Assembly (NCBI GenBank): GCA_046537845.1
Contig: JBKHKA010000004.1
Location: 24,586-88,585, forward strand
Source: Candidatus Aenigmatarchaeota archaeon
Lineage (GTDB): Archaea > Thermoplasmatota > Thermoplasmata > Halarchaeoplasmatales > Halarchaeoplasmataceae
Length of the DNA stretch: 64,000 bases
Direction of reading: 5' to 3'
Shown in pieces: positions 11,222 to 21,115 of this stretch. The position numbers and the translations under genes are program-made. The notes under the pieces were generated by a model. The model was not told the origin of the DNA. It saw nothing but the letters and a program-made list of their open reading frames with translations, and ran no database searches. Each line of letters starts with the position of its first letter. The stretch's first letter is position 1.

Positions 11222-11380
11222 ATGAAGAAGATCAAAAAGTGTCCTTCATGCGGGGGATACACGCTCGCAGAGTACTGCGATAGGTGTGACGAGAAGACGG
11301 TGTCACCTAAACCACCGAGCTATTCACCTGAGGATAGGTATGGAGAGTATAGAAGAAAGCAGATCAAAAGATCAAGATGA
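11222..11380 (+). CDS. nop10: H/ACA RNP protein Nop10
   Basis: Not in the ORF track. Translated by hand as MKKIKKCPSCGGYTLAEYCDRCDEKTVSPKPPSYSPEDRYGEYRRKQIKRSR: zinc ribbon plus P.P..SPEDxYGxYR, in the usual position upstream of the PAC2-family gene. Confidence 0.93.
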   Translation: MKKIKKCPSCGGYTLAEYCDRCDEKTVSPKPPSYSPEDRYGEYRRKQIKRSR

Positions 11381-11415
11381 TATTGATAGTAGAAGAGAAA
11401 AGTTGAGATGATAAG

Positions 11416-12192
11416 ATGGATGATATAATCATAGATTTCGTAAAGAAGCCGGAACTTGAGGAAGCGATCCTCATCGAGGGTCTGCCAGGAGTAGGAAATG
11501 TAGGCAAAATAGCAGTGGAACACCTGATCGAAGAGATAGACGCGGAGAAATGTGCAGATATCTATTCGGTCTACTTTCCTCCACAGGTATTGGTAGATGA
11601 GGAGGGCCTATCGAACCTGGTGAATAACAGGCTTTACCACAAAAAAGATGTGGGGGAAAGTGATATCGATATCTTACTGCTCACTGGAGATTACCAGGGG
11701 ATGACCCCTCAGGGCCAGTATCAGCTTACCGACAAGATACTTTCGGTTGCAGAAGAGATAGGCGTGGACAGTGTGTTCTCATTAGGGGGTTACAGCAAAG
11801 GAGAGATGATCGAAGTGCCGGAAGTATTGGGTGCAGCCACGACACCTCAAAAGATCGAGGAGATGAAAGGATTGGGAGTGAAATTTTCAGAAGAGCACCC
11901 CTCCTCCGGTATCGTGGGGGCCAGCGGTCTTCTGCTTGGGCTCGGTGAAAAGCTCTACGACATGAGTGGTGTATGCCTGATGGGAGAAACATCGGGTTAC
12001 TTTGTCGACCCTGCCGCGGCTAGGGCCGTGTTGAAGAAATTGGTCAAATATATCGATCTCGAGATAACTTATGAGAAACTGGACCAGAAAGCTGAAGAAG
12101 TGGAAGAGTTGACCAACAAAGTCAAAGATATGGATATGGGGGGGCTTCAACAGCAGGAAGGTGGAACTGAAGACTTGAACTATATAGGTTGA
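11416..12192 (+). CDS. PAC2-family proteasome assembly chaperone-like protein
   Basis: EGLPGVGNVGKIA, FPPQV, GIVGASGLLLG, CLMGETSGYFVDP, C-terminal YIG. Confidence 0.9.
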   Translation: MDDIIIDFVKKPELEEAILIEGLPGVGNVGKIAVEHLIEEIDAEKCADIYSVYFPPQVLVDEEGLSNLVNNRLYHKKDVGESDIDILLLTGDYQGMTPQGQYQLTDKILSVAEEIGVDSVFSLGGYSKGEMIEVPEVLGAATTPQKIEEMKGLGVKFSEEHPSSGIVGASGLLLGLGEKLYDMSGVCLMGETSGYFVDPAAARAVLKKLVKYIDLEITYEKLDQKAEEVEELTNKVKDMDMGGLQQQEGGTEDLNYIG

Positions 12193-12241
12193 TGAGATCT
12201 GAAGGTCGACACCACTTCGACTGATTGGAACAAGTGATAGG

Positions 12242-12988
12242 ATGGATAAAGATAAGAGGATGAAGGTATATCTCAAAGGATATAAAGAGGGTCAGGAAGA
12301 GGCTTGGGCCGATATAAAGAGTATGCTCTCTAAGTTCGATGGATGGGAACTCAAAAGCAGGGTGGAAAGCAGGATAGGAACTCTTTATCAAGAGGTAGAA
12401 TCAAAGAAAGAAGAGTTGAAGGAGAACGAAGAGAAACTTATATTTGAGGAAGAGGGCCTGGAGGAAGAGGGAGAAAAAAGGACTACAGATGTCCCGTGGA
12501 GACCTGGGGATGCTTACCTTTTTGTGGAGAATAGATTAAAAGCGGGCATAGAGGTTTTCGACCAAGTGGTAAGGGGCGGAAATCCGATCTTACTGATCGT
12601 GAGGGATCCCCCATCTAAAGTCATGGATGGATTCGATGATATTTTGACTGGAGATAATTTGAAGTTCGTTTGGCTGTCTAGAAAGAAGAACCACGATGAG
12701 CAGAGAGATGAAAATGAGATCGAAAGGATATCTCCAGGTGATCTATCGGGGCTATCTCAGGTGATAGGAGATTTTTTTGGTTCGCACGAAAGAGCCGTGG
12801 TCCTGCTTCATGGGATACCATTCTTACTCAATTATAATGACGAAAAGAAGGTCCTCAAATTACTTCACTTCACCCACGACGAGGCTACAGAGAACAACGG
12901 TTGTGTGGTTGCCTCAATATCAGGAAATGCAGTGGAGGAGAAATTTTTAGAAAAAGTGAAGGGCGATTTTGATCGCAGCTTTGAATAA
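12242..12988 (+). CDS. DUF835-like protein with N-terminal helical region
   Basis: C-terminal FVWLS...ISPGDL...VVLLHGIPFLLNYND.KKVLKLL pattern resembles DUF835. Confidence 0.65.
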   Translation: MDKDKRMKVYLKGYKEGQEEAWADIKSMLSKFDGWELKSRVESRIGTLYQEVESKKEELKENEEKLIFEEEGLEEEGEKRTTDVPWRPGDAYLFVENRLKAGIEVFDQVVRGGNPILLIVRDPPSKVMDGFDDILTGDNLKFVWLSRKKNHDEQRDENEIERISPGDLSGLSQVIGDFFGSHERAVVLLHGIPFLLNYNDEKKVLKLLHFTHDEATENNGCVVASISGNAVEEKFLEKVKGDFDRSFE

Positions 12989-14349
12989 TGAGGAAGAATG
13001 AGACGATGTATATCTTCTACGGCGAAGGGGAACTCCTTGACAAGATCGAAAAGTCCGCAGAAAAAAGAAAAGAAAGGATAGAATGCTCCGATCATCGAGA
13101 AGTAAAAAAAGAGGGCCTATCAGGATTTGTCAAGGATAATATTTCAGAGGTAGACGTGGTAACATTCATCTATTTAGAAGAGGAAGAACTGCGGGCAGTA
13201 TCGAGCGAGGTAAAAGATATATCTCCTGAGATAAAACAGCTCGCACTCCTGAAAGAAGGGGCTGAAAAGGAAGATGGGGAACTTTCAGTGGATAGTGTTC
13301 TTGTTAAAGACGACCTTTTGTGCGATTCTCTTTTCAACACAATAGATCATCTTTTTTTGGAGAAGAAGAGCGAGGATTTGAAAAAGGCGATATCCAAGAC
13401 CGACGGAAAGATATCGATCTTTATCCATGACAACCCAGATCCGGATGCTATAGCGTCAGCTATCGCTTTGGAAGAGGTCTGTGCCTTAGAGGAGATAGAA
13501 GTCATGACTTACTTTGGAGGTTCCGTGGGGCATCCGGAAAATGAGATACTCCTGCAGAATACCGATTTTTATATTAAAAATATCGATAGTTCTTCAGTAA
13601 AAGAGGTCCTTGAAACTTCTCAGAAGATAGTGTTCATAGATTTTGCTGATCCATCTGTAACGAACATACTACCGGAGGACGTGGAACCAGATATCGTCAT
13701 CGATCATCACTACACGAGCAAGGATATCAGGGCTGTAGAGTACGGTGAGATAAGGAACGATGTTGGGGCTACCGCGACCATCATGACGAAACATCTTCAA
13801 AACCTCGATATCTCCATCGACCCTTTACTGGCCTCCGCGTTGTTGATAGGTATAAAAGTGGATACACACGATTTCACCAAAAATATATACCCTGCAGATT
13901 ACAGGGCCATATCTTATCTTTCCGCATTGGCTGACAAAGACATCTTGGACCTGCTAAAGGAACCAGCTATCTATCCAGAAACTCTAGATGCTATGGGAAG
14001 AGCGCTCACGGATAGAAAAGTGAAGGATACTGTTCTTACCGCTTACGCTGGAGAATTATCTCATCGAGACGACCTCCCTCAGATAGCGGAATATCTGCTG
14101 AGAGAAAGAGATATACTGACCGTTTTAGTCTACGGGATAAAGGATGGCAAAATACATATGTCAGCTCGAAGTAAAGACATGCAGATAAACGTTGGTAAGG
14201 TGATGGAAAGCGCTTATTCAGAGTCGGGACAAGGTGGCGGGCATAGACACGCAGCAGGCGGTACCGTCCCACTCTATAGGTTCGATGACGAAGAAGAGGC
14301 GGTAAAAAAGATAAGAAAATTGTTCATCGAAGAGGTGTTCAGAACATGA
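12988..14349 (+). CDS. DHH/DHHA1 family phosphoesterase
   Basis: HDNPDPDAIAS, IDHH, GIKVDT, SARS, GGGH. Confidence 0.88.
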   Translation: MRKNETMYIFYGEGELLDKIEKSAEKRKERIECSDHREVKKEGLSGFVKDNISEVDVVTFIYLEEEELRAVSSEVKDISPEIKQLALLKEGAEKEDGELSVDSVLVKDDLLCDSLFNTIDHLFLEKKSEDLKKAISKTDGKISIFIHDNPDPDAIASAIALEEVCALEEIEVMTYFGGSVGHPENEILLQNTDFYIKNIDSSSVKEVLETSQKIVFIDFADPSVTNILPEDVEPDIVIDHHYTSKDIRAVEYGEIRNDVGATATIMTKHLQNLDISIDPLLASALLIGIKVDTHDFTKNIYPADYRAISYLSALADKDILDLLKEPAIYPETLDAMGRALTDRKVKDTVLTAYAGELSHRDDLPQIAEYLLRERDILTVLVYGIKDGKIHMSARSKDMQINVGKVMESAYSESGQGGGHRHAAGGTVPLYRFDDEEEAVKKIRKLFIEEVFRT

Positions 14350-15008
14350 GGCCGGCATATTCCCAAGTGAGTTATCAAAAGAAAGAAGGGTTGAGCGGCA
14401 CTGAGAAGAGGCATCTAGCCATAGCATTGGGCGTACTCACCTTAGCCTTCGCCATAAGCTTTTCGGGTGGATATAGGGGTATAACTTCGGGCGGCTTTCC
14501 TCTCCTGTTATTGGTCTCGTTCATCTCCGTTGGAACCGCCTTTTTGTTCCATGAATTGGCCCATCGAAAGCTCGCGAGGCAGTACGGCTGTTGGGCCGAA
14601 TTCAGGATGTGGCGGTGGGGTCTGATGATGGCCCTTTTGTTCAGCTTGTTCGGTTTTGTTTTTGCAGCTCCTGGAGCGGTGGTGATAAGAGGAAATATCA
14701 CTAAAGATCAAAATGGTAAGATCAGCGCTGCCGGCCCCGCGACGAACTGGGGAGTCGGTGCCGGATTTTTGGCTGCCTCCTTCATCTTGAAATTTTCCGG
14801 CATACCCTATTTCTCGCTGCCGTTCATCCTTGCCTTCGTGGCATTCGTGAACCTCTTCATAGGGGGTTTCAATCTCTTACCTTTCGGCCCCCTCGATGGT
14901 AGAAAGATATTCAGCTGGAGTGTGAAAAATTATTTTCTGCTGGTGGTTCTGATCGTGGGCACTTTAGCAGGAGGGTATCTTCTCGGGCCTTTCTCAAGTT
15001 TCCTCTGA
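14346..15008 (+). CDS. Site-2 protease (M50) membrane metalloprotease
   Basis: HELAH, SAAGP, FNLLPFGPLDG. Hydrophobic overall. Confidence 0.9.
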   Translation: MRPAYSQVSYQKKEGLSGTEKRHLAIALGVLTLAFAISFSGGYRGITSGGFPLLLLVSFISVGTAFLFHELAHRKLARQYGCWAEFRMWRWGLMMALLFSLFGFVFAAPGAVVIRGNITKDQNGKISAAGPATNWGVGAGFLAASFILKFSGIPYFSLPFILAFVAFVNLFIGGFNLLPFGPLDGRKIFSWSVKNYFLLVVLIVGTLAGGYLLGPFSSFL

Positions 15009-15033
15009 GACCTCTTAAACCGCTTGAACCGCT

Positions 15034-15654
15034 TCACTTCCTAGCTCTTCCCCAGCAGTATATGAACTCGTACTCGAAAACTTTTCCGGGGCACCTTTCG
15101 CTGTGGAATATCTCGAAAAGATTCAATCTTTCTTTGATCTCATCTAAGGTGTAATATGTGTAGTAGCGTTCGTGTTCATCTATCACACTGGTCTCGAACC
15201 CTTCTTTTTCGCCTTCTTTGAAGCTGAAGCAGAATACACCGCCGGGCTCGAGTATCCTGTACACTTCCTTTTCGACGTGAGAGAGCTCCGACTTTGGAAT
15301 ATTTACGATCGAAGCGTTAGCCCAGGCCCCATGAAAAGTATCGTCGGGGAAAACGGTGTCTCTCATATCTGACTGGAGAAAACTAGCCTTGGGATATTTT
15401 TTTCTGGCTAGAGAGATCATACCTTTTGAAAGATCGATCCCTACAACATCCGCTCCTTTATTCCTCAAGTACTCGGTATCTCTCCCATCTCCACAACCCA
15501 GGTCTATCACTCTGGGCTCGGGGCCTAGACGAGCTAAAGTTTTATCGAGCATCTTTTTCTGGAACTCTCTGTTCCCTTCTTCTTCTGTCTGCTCACAATA
15601 TTCTTCAGCTATCTCGTCGAAAGCTTTTCTGGTCTTTTCTATCGGATCCATCAT
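15034..15654 (-). CDS. Class I SAM-dependent methyltransferase
   Basis: VIDLGCGDG, GIDLS, RILEPGG. Confidence 0.88.
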   Translation of the reverse strand: MMDPIEKTRKAFDEIAEEYCEQTEEEGNREFQKKMLDKTLARLGPEPRVIDLGCGDGRDTEYLRNKGADVVGIDLSKGMISLARKKYPKASFLQSDMRDTVFPDDTFHGAWANASIVNIPKSELSHVEKEVYRILEPGGVFCFSFKEGEKEGFETSVIDEHERYYTYYTLDEIKERLNLFEIFHSERCPGKVFEYEFIYCWGRARK

Positions 15655-16627
15655 CTGCCTCTACTTTTTGTTTCTTCATTTTTCCTATCCCTAGTTCCCC
15701 TATAATTCTTTCCATCTCGTCTTCCGTAGGTTCTCGAGGATAGTTGCGATGTTCTTTTCTCGGTGACGAAGTATAATATGGTCGGTTGCAGTCGGGGCAT
15801 CCTCTGGTTTGAAATGCTTTCTTGGCATCCACTTTTTTGAGAGCCTCCTCCGGTTCGTTTAATACCATCTGGAGAGTTTCCTTGACTTCCAGCCCTTGCG
15901 CCAAAAGAGCTCTTGTTAGTTGAGCTTGTCTGTAGTATTTAAGATCGACTTCTTCTTCTTTCTTCTTATAGGAGAACAGGGAGACTTCAGCACCGACTTT
16001 CATACATTTTTTTACCGCCAGGCCCAACTCTTCTAGATTTTCCCCCAATCCAACGATGATATGAGCCGTTGCCTTTCCTTTTCCAAATATATCCACGGCG
16101 CTACCTAAATAGTGCCAAAACACTATGGGATCGTAGTTAGGCTTTTTTTCTTTCCTGATCTCGTTGGTGGCTGCGTCGATCCCAACTCCTATCCTATCCA
16201 CTAGACCTTTGATATCTTTTAGGGTTTTCTTTTCTAGAGGCGGAGCGGAGAGAGAGATGGGTTTTTCCATCCCATCCTCCTGTAAGCTTTTGAGTACAGC
16301 CTCGGATTTACTCTCGTAGTCTGGAACATCGGGTATTTGTATACAGATCCGGGAGAGGTCCGAATCTTTTATCTTCTCCCTGACTTCGTTGATCTCGAAA
16401 AGAGGCCAAGAGACTCTTGAAAGCCATCTTTGGTTCCCTTTCGATTGTGGGCAGAAGGTGCATCCCCCTCGACATCCTTGTTCTTCACCTGTCAGCATCA
16501 AGTAAGCGGTCGTGGTTTCCTCTTTACTTTTCCCCGGCTTCAAACGAAGTCTCTGTGCTGTCCCGTAGGAAACCCTTATTTTCTCTTCAGAATTCAATAT
16601 TGATCCCACTCCCTTTCGTAAGTCCAA
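15605..16627 (-). CDS. Radical SAM protein, LipS2-type lipoyl synthase component
   Basis: CRGGCTFC (CxxxCxxC), LSRVSWP and C-terminal TRGCPDCNRP, matching the TxGCPxC(N/D)RP motif of archaeal LipS2. Adjacent to a lipoate ligase. Confidence 0.78.
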   Translation of the reverse strand: MDLRKGVGSILNSEEKIRVSYGTAQRLRLKPGKSKEETTTAYLMLTGEEQGCRGGCTFCPQSKGNQRWLSRVSWPLFEINEVREKIKDSDLSRICIQIPDVPDYESKSEAVLKSLQEDGMEKPISLSAPPLEKKTLKDIKGLVDRIGVGIDAATNEIRKEKKPNYDPIVFWHYLGSAVDIFGKGKATAHIIVGLGENLEELGLAVKKCMKVGAEVSLFSYKKKEEEVDLKYYRQAQLTRALLAQGLEVKETLQMVLNEPEEALKKVDAKKAFQTRGCPDCNRPYYTSSPRKEHRNYPREPTEDEMERIIGELGIGKMKKQKVEADDGSDRKDQKSFRRDS

Positions 16628-17358
16628 CTTTTGGAGGCGTATTTATCTTCTAAAGTCGATGCCAGCTTTTTTTCTTCCTCGCTCAGACCTCTTTCTTCCA
16701 CTTCGCCCCCAAAATGCTTTTCGTATTCTTCCTTCATCATATATATCAGCTCATCGGGGTCAGGCTTTTCTCCTTTCTCTTTCTGTATAGTGGTCACTAG
16801 GTCCAAAAAATTTTTGGCCCCTTTTTCCTTCATTTTTTTCTCATCCAATTTTAAGATCTTGGAGAGCTCTTTCAGGTCCGTACCATACATCAATGTGCCG
16901 TGCTGAAGCATGCCTTTTTTACCCCTTCTCTGGGCACTGCCAGATATCTTTTTATTTCCAACCAATATATCATTATATGGCTTGAATTTCGCATCCAATC
17001 CCAATCTTTGAAGCGTATTTATTATCGGCTGCAGATTTTCTTTGAAGCTCTTCTCGATGTCGCCGTGTTCTTTTTCAGTCACCATCGAGTAGGTTATCTC
17101 GCCGTGATAATCGTGGAAAACCGTGCCTCCACCGGTGATCCTCCTCACGTAAGGTATCTCTTTTTCCTTACACCGTTCTGCATGGATCGTCTCATCCACC
17201 GGTTGAGTGTAGCCCAAAGTTATCGCAGAAGGTTTGAAACGGAAGAACCGGAATATAGGCTCTTGCCCTTTCTCGTCGTAGTATCTAAGCAGCGCTTCGT
17301 CTATAGCCATCTGTTTCTCTGCTCCAGCTTCTATCAGCGGTATGTATCTAGCTTTCAT
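16594..17358 (-). CDS. Lipoate-protein ligase A family (catalytic domain only)
   Basis: QMAIDEALL, VRRITGGGTVFHD, NDI..KKISGSAQ, QHGTL. Start trimmed to MKARY. Confidence 0.9.
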   Translation of the reverse strand: MKARYIPLIEAGAEKQMAIDEALLRYYDEKGQEPIFRFFRFKPSAITLGYTQPVDETIHAERCKEKEIPYVRRITGGGTVFHDYHGEITYSMVTEKEHGDIEKSFKENLQPIINTLQRLGLDAKFKPYNDILVGNKKISGSAQRRGKKGMLQHGTLMYGTDLKELSKILKLDEKKMKEKGAKNFLDLVTTIQKEKGEKPDPDELIYMMKEEYEKHFGGEVEERGLSEEEKKLASTLEDKYASKSWTYEREWDQY

Positions 17359-17469
17359 AGGCCATGAATCATCTTTTCGATTATAATTTTTTCTTCTTAA
17401 AACTGAATTCTCCCAAACAAAAGTAAAATAAAGGTCATCTTTTATCTCCAATAAAGGAGTTCGTTATAT

Positions 17470-18624
17470 ATGAGGAGAAGAGAGAGAGATCGAAATTACT
17501 ATCTCACGTCAGAGTCAGTTACTGAGGGCCATCCAGATAAGATGGCGGATAAGATCAGCGATTCGATACTGGATGAATTGATCGAACAGGACCCGGATTC
17601 CAAAGTGGCCTGCGAAACTATCTTGACCAACGGTATAGCTTTTGTAGCCGGTGAGATATCCAGCAGTGGCTATGTTGATGTAAATGAGGTGGTTAGAGAT
17701 ACCATAGAAAAGATCGGATACACCGAGCCGGAGTATGGATTTGAAGCCGATTCCTGTGGAGTGATGACCGCTATACATTCTCAGAGTCCTGACATCGCCC
17801 AGGGCGTTGAAAAGGAAGATCAGGGTGCGGGAGACCAGGGTATAATGTACGGCTATGCTACAGATGAAACCCAAGAGATGATGCCCGTACCTATAGTTTT
17901 GGCGCACAAACTCTGTAGGAGACTCACCGAAGTGCGGAAACAGGGGCTTATAGACTACCTACGACCGGACGGAAAGTCTCAAGTCACCGTCGAATACGAA
18001 GGTACTGAAGCTAAAAGGATAGATGACGTGGTCATCGCGGCTCAGCACGATCCAGATGTAGAGAGTGAAAAGCTGAGGGAGGATATAATAAGCGAAGTCA
18101 TCGAACCGATATGTGGAAATATGGTGGACGACAATACGAGTTTCAACATAAATGAAACCGGTAGATTCGTGATCGGAGGGCCTCAAGCCGATACCGGATT
18201 GACGGGGAGGAAGATAATAGTGGACAGTTACGGCGGACATGGAAGTCATGGGGGTGGATGTTTTTCCGGCAAAGATCCCTCTAAAGTAGACCGTTCGGGC
18301 ACATACATGGCTAGGTACGTAGCCAAAAACATCGTCGCCGCGGAACTCGCAGAAAAATGTGAAGTCCAACTGAGCTATGCGATAGGTGTTCCGGGGCCGA
18401 CCAGCGTCTTCATCAACACCTACGGCACCAACGAGCTGGATGAGAGAGAGATAGAGGAGTTGGTGCGTGAAAAATTTCCTCTAAAACCCAGAGATATAAT
18501 AACCCACCTAGACCTGTTGAGGCCGATCTACGAGCAAACGGCTGCCTACGGCCACTTTGGAAGAGATGAACCCGGGTTCACGTGGGAAAATACAGACCTA
18601 GTCGACGAACTCAAGCGGCGGTAA
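17470..18624 (+). CDS. metK: S-adenosylmethionine synthetase, bacterial/eukaryotic type
   Basis: [55 protein letters not shown]. Confidence 0.96.
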   Translation: MRRRERDRNYYLTSESVTEGHPDKMADKISDSILDELIEQDPDSKVACETILTNGIAFVAGEISSSGYVDVNEVVRDTIEKIGYTEPEYGFEADSCGVMTAIHSQSPDIAQGVEKEDQGAGDQGIMYGYATDETQEMMPVPIVLAHKLCRRLTEVRKQGLIDYLRPDGKSQVTVEYEGTEAKRIDDVVIAAQHDPDVESEKLREDIISEVIEPICGNMVDDNTSFNINETGRFVIGGPQADTGLTGRKIIVDSYGGHGSHGGGCFSGKDPSKVDRSGTYMARYVAKNIVAAELAEKCEVQLSYAIGVPGPTSVFINTYGTNELDEREIEELVREKFPLKPRDIITHLDLLRPIYEQTAAYGHFGRDEPGFTWENTDLVDELKRR

Positions 18625-18666
18625 AAAGTAAAAGATGGTGCGTTGAAGTTTAAATACCCGTTTTCC

Positions 18667-19215
18667 TCAATCTAAGAGCCCGGCCTTTTTGAGCTCTTCT
18701 TTTATCTTTTCCACTCCATCTTCCAGCTGTTCTTCGTTCTTCCCTCCGGTGCAGACCATCCTTCCGGATCCGAAAAGGAGCAGAACCACCGGTGAGTCAT
18801 CTAACCTATAGACCAGACCTGGGAACTGCTCGGGCTCATATTCAACTCTTTCCAATCCAAGTGTGATAGCCACAGAGTTAAGATTCAGGTCTGTATCTAA
18901 CTCATAAGAAGCTACGATGTTTTGGATCTCAGCCTTAACTTCATCTGCGGTATCTATTCCTCCTTCGTTCAAAAGTCTCTTTATCTTATCTACACTCTTT
19001 TGAGGTTCATCGAGTGTGACACCGCCAGTGCAGACCATCTTTCCGCTGGAGAAAAGCAGAAGAGAGGTATTCGGTTCGTCCATCTTGTAAATGAGTCCGG
19101 GGAACTTATCTGGATCGTATTCTGAACCTTCGAGCGCTTCGTGCACGTCCCAGAGATCCAATTCTTTTCCTATCGAGGAAGAAGCTACTACGTTTTCGAT
19201 TGTGAGACCTTCCAT
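18667..19215 (-). CDS. tbp: TATA-box binding protein
   Basis: Two repeats: IENVVAS...YDPDKFPGL..LLFSSGKMVCTG and IQNIVAS...YEPEQFPGL..LLFGSGRMVCTG. Confidence 0.97.
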   Translation of the reverse strand: MEGLTIENVVASSSIGKELDLWDVHEALEGSEYDPDKFPGLIYKMDEPNTSLLLFSSGKMVCTGGVTLDEPQKSVDKIKRLLNEGGIDTADEVKAEIQNIVASYELDTDLNLNSVAITLGLERVEYEPEQFPGLVYRLDDSPVVLLLFGSGRMVCTGGKNEEQLEDGVEKIKEELKKAGLLD

Positions 19216-19371
19216 ATATTATCACTCTCTTCAACCTAAATATAAAGCCCTATTTAAAGGCAAGGGTCAACCCTAGCGTATATGTACAAATCACTCCTCA
19301 AAAGGTCTAGACTATTGACGAATAAATAATTCGACAATTTTATATACTCCCTTATCATAAACTCCCTCGAC

Positions 19372-20043
19372 ATGACGGAGTTGAATGAAAAGATAGCTGG
19401 AGAGATAACCGTTTCTGAGAACCCGGGAGAGATCATAAAAAAATGGAGGGAGATGTTCGATGTGTCTCAGACAGACCTAGCCGGTCATATGGGTGTGGCT
19501 CCGTCGGTGGTCAGCGATTATGAAAAAGGGCGACGGATGCCGGGAACCCCCCTAGTAAAAAAGATCGTTGGCTCTCTTATAAGTATAGATAAAGAGAGGG
19601 GAGGCGAAGTGATCGAACGTTTTTCTAAGCCGGGCCAGGAAGGTATATTGAGTATAGAAGAATACGCCAACCCCGTTTCTTTGATAGAATTAGTGGAAAG
19701 GATTCGAGGAGATATAGTATCCCAAGGGAAGTGGGAACGTGAGATCTATGGTTATACGGTTATAGACAGCATAAGAGCTATCTTGTCAATGAAATCTTTC
19801 GATTACCTCAGCATATACGGCTGGAGCACCGAACGGATACTCTTCTTTGCAGGAGTAGAATATGGGAGGTCGCCGTTGGTGGCGATACGGTCAACTCCTC
19901 TAACTCCAGCAGCCGTAGCTTATGTGAAGCCTAAAAAGATCGATGACCTATCACTAAAATTAGCCGAAGAAGAAGGCGTTCCTTTGATCAGGATCGATCT
20001 TGATGTTGATGAATTGATAAAAAAATTGAAAAAAAGGTCGTGA
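19372..20043 (+). CDS. Archaeal XRE-type HTH regulator, typically found upstream of HMG-CoA synthase
   Basis: IAGEITVS.NPG..IKKWRE.F...SPSVVSDYEKGRR-type HTH, YGYTVIDS, YGRSP.VA.R. Confidence 0.85.
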   Translation: MTELNEKIAGEITVSENPGEIIKKWREMFDVSQTDLAGHMGVAPSVVSDYEKGRRMPGTPLVKKIVGSLISIDKERGGEVIERFSKPGQEGILSIEEYANPVSLIELVERIRGDIVSQGKWEREIYGYTVIDSIRAILSMKSFDYLSIYGWSTERILFFAGVEYGRSPLVAIRSTPLTPAAVAYVKPKKIDDLSLKLAEEEGVPLIRIDLDVDELIKKLKKRS

Positions 20044-20049
20044 TGTAGT

Positions 20050-21114
20050 ATGAAACCGAAGGAAGATGTAGGTATAAAAGGATATGCAGGTTATGTACCC
20101 AAATACAGGATAACCCCCAAGGAGATAGGTGAAGTATGGGGGAAAGACGGAGAGATGATGGGAAAAGGTCTCCGGATAAAGAGTAAATCGGTACCTTCTC
20201 CTGATGAGGACGTGGTCACCATAGCTACACAGGCTGCCAAGTGGGCCGTGCAGAGAACGGAGATAGAGAGTAAGGACCTAGAGGCGATCTACGTTGGTTC
20301 GGAGTCACATCCTTACGCGGTGAAGCCAACAGCTACCATCGTTGCGGCTTCTCTAGCCGCTTCGCCGGACCTTACAGCGGCCGACTACGAGTTCGCCTGT
20401 AAAGCAGGAACTGCTGCATTCCAGACGTGTATGGGTCTCGTGGCTTCCGGCATGATCAAGAACGGTATGGCCATAGGAGCAGACACCTCTCAGGGTGCCC
20501 CGGGAGACGCGCTCGAGTATTCCGCCGCTGCGGGAGGAGCCGCCTACATAATCGGCTCCGAAAATATATTGGCTAAGATCGAGCACACCTGTTCTTACAC
20601 CACAGACACCCCCGACTTCTGGCGCAGAGAAGGAGAAAAATATCCTCAGCACGGTGGAAGGTTCACTGGTAAGCCAGCGTATTTCAAACATATCACGAAC
20701 TGTACGAACAAACTTTTAGAGGAGACGGGAAAGGAACCGGAAGACTATGATTATGCGGTCTTCCATCAACCCAATGGTAAGTTCCCGATGAAGGCGGCAA
20801 AGAAGATGGGTTTTTCACAGGAACAGATAGATCCAGGACTCCTGGTTCCCAGGATTGGTAACACCTATTCAGGTGCGGTACCGCTTGGCTTAGCCGCAAC
20901 TCTAGATCAGGCTGAACCAGGTGATGATATATTGGTAACTTCGTACGGCTCCGGTGCAGGTTCTGACAGTTTCGATATCAAGGTCACCGAGAACATAGAG
21001 AATGTAAAAAGTCAGGCCGTACCCGCCATACAAGAAGTGATCGCTGAAGAAGAATTCATAACTTATTCGAAATACGCAAAATTTAGAGAAAAGATACACG
21101 AAGGAGGTGCATAA
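20050..21114 (+). CDS. Archaeal hydroxymethylglutaryl-CoA synthase
   Basis: [19 protein letters not shown] (catalytic Cys), [22 protein letters not shown]. Confidence 0.95.
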   Translation: MKPKEDVGIKGYAGYVPKYRITPKEIGEVWGKDGEMMGKGLRIKSKSVPSPDEDVVTIATQAAKWAVQRTEIESKDLEAIYVGSESHPYAVKPTATIVAASLAASPDLTAADYEFACKAGTAAFQTCMGLVASGMIKNGMAIGADTSQGAPGDALEYSAAAGGAAYIIGSENILAKIEHTCSYTTDTPDFWRREGEKYPQHGGRFTGKPAYFKHITNCTNKLLEETGKEPEDYDYAVFHQPNGKFPMKAAKKMGFSQEQIDPGLLVPRIGNTYSGAVPLGLAATLDQAEPGDDILVTSYGSGAGSDSFDIKVTENIENVKSQAVPAIQEVIAEEEFITYSKYAKFREKIHEGGA

Positions 21115-21115
21115 T

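Noticed and set aside
15605..17358. LipS2/Lpl plus Hdr as an sHdr-LbpA sulfur-oxidation system
   Set aside because: The hdr genes are Mvh-linked, single-copy and 25 kb away; no LbpA, TusA or DsrE genes are seen.
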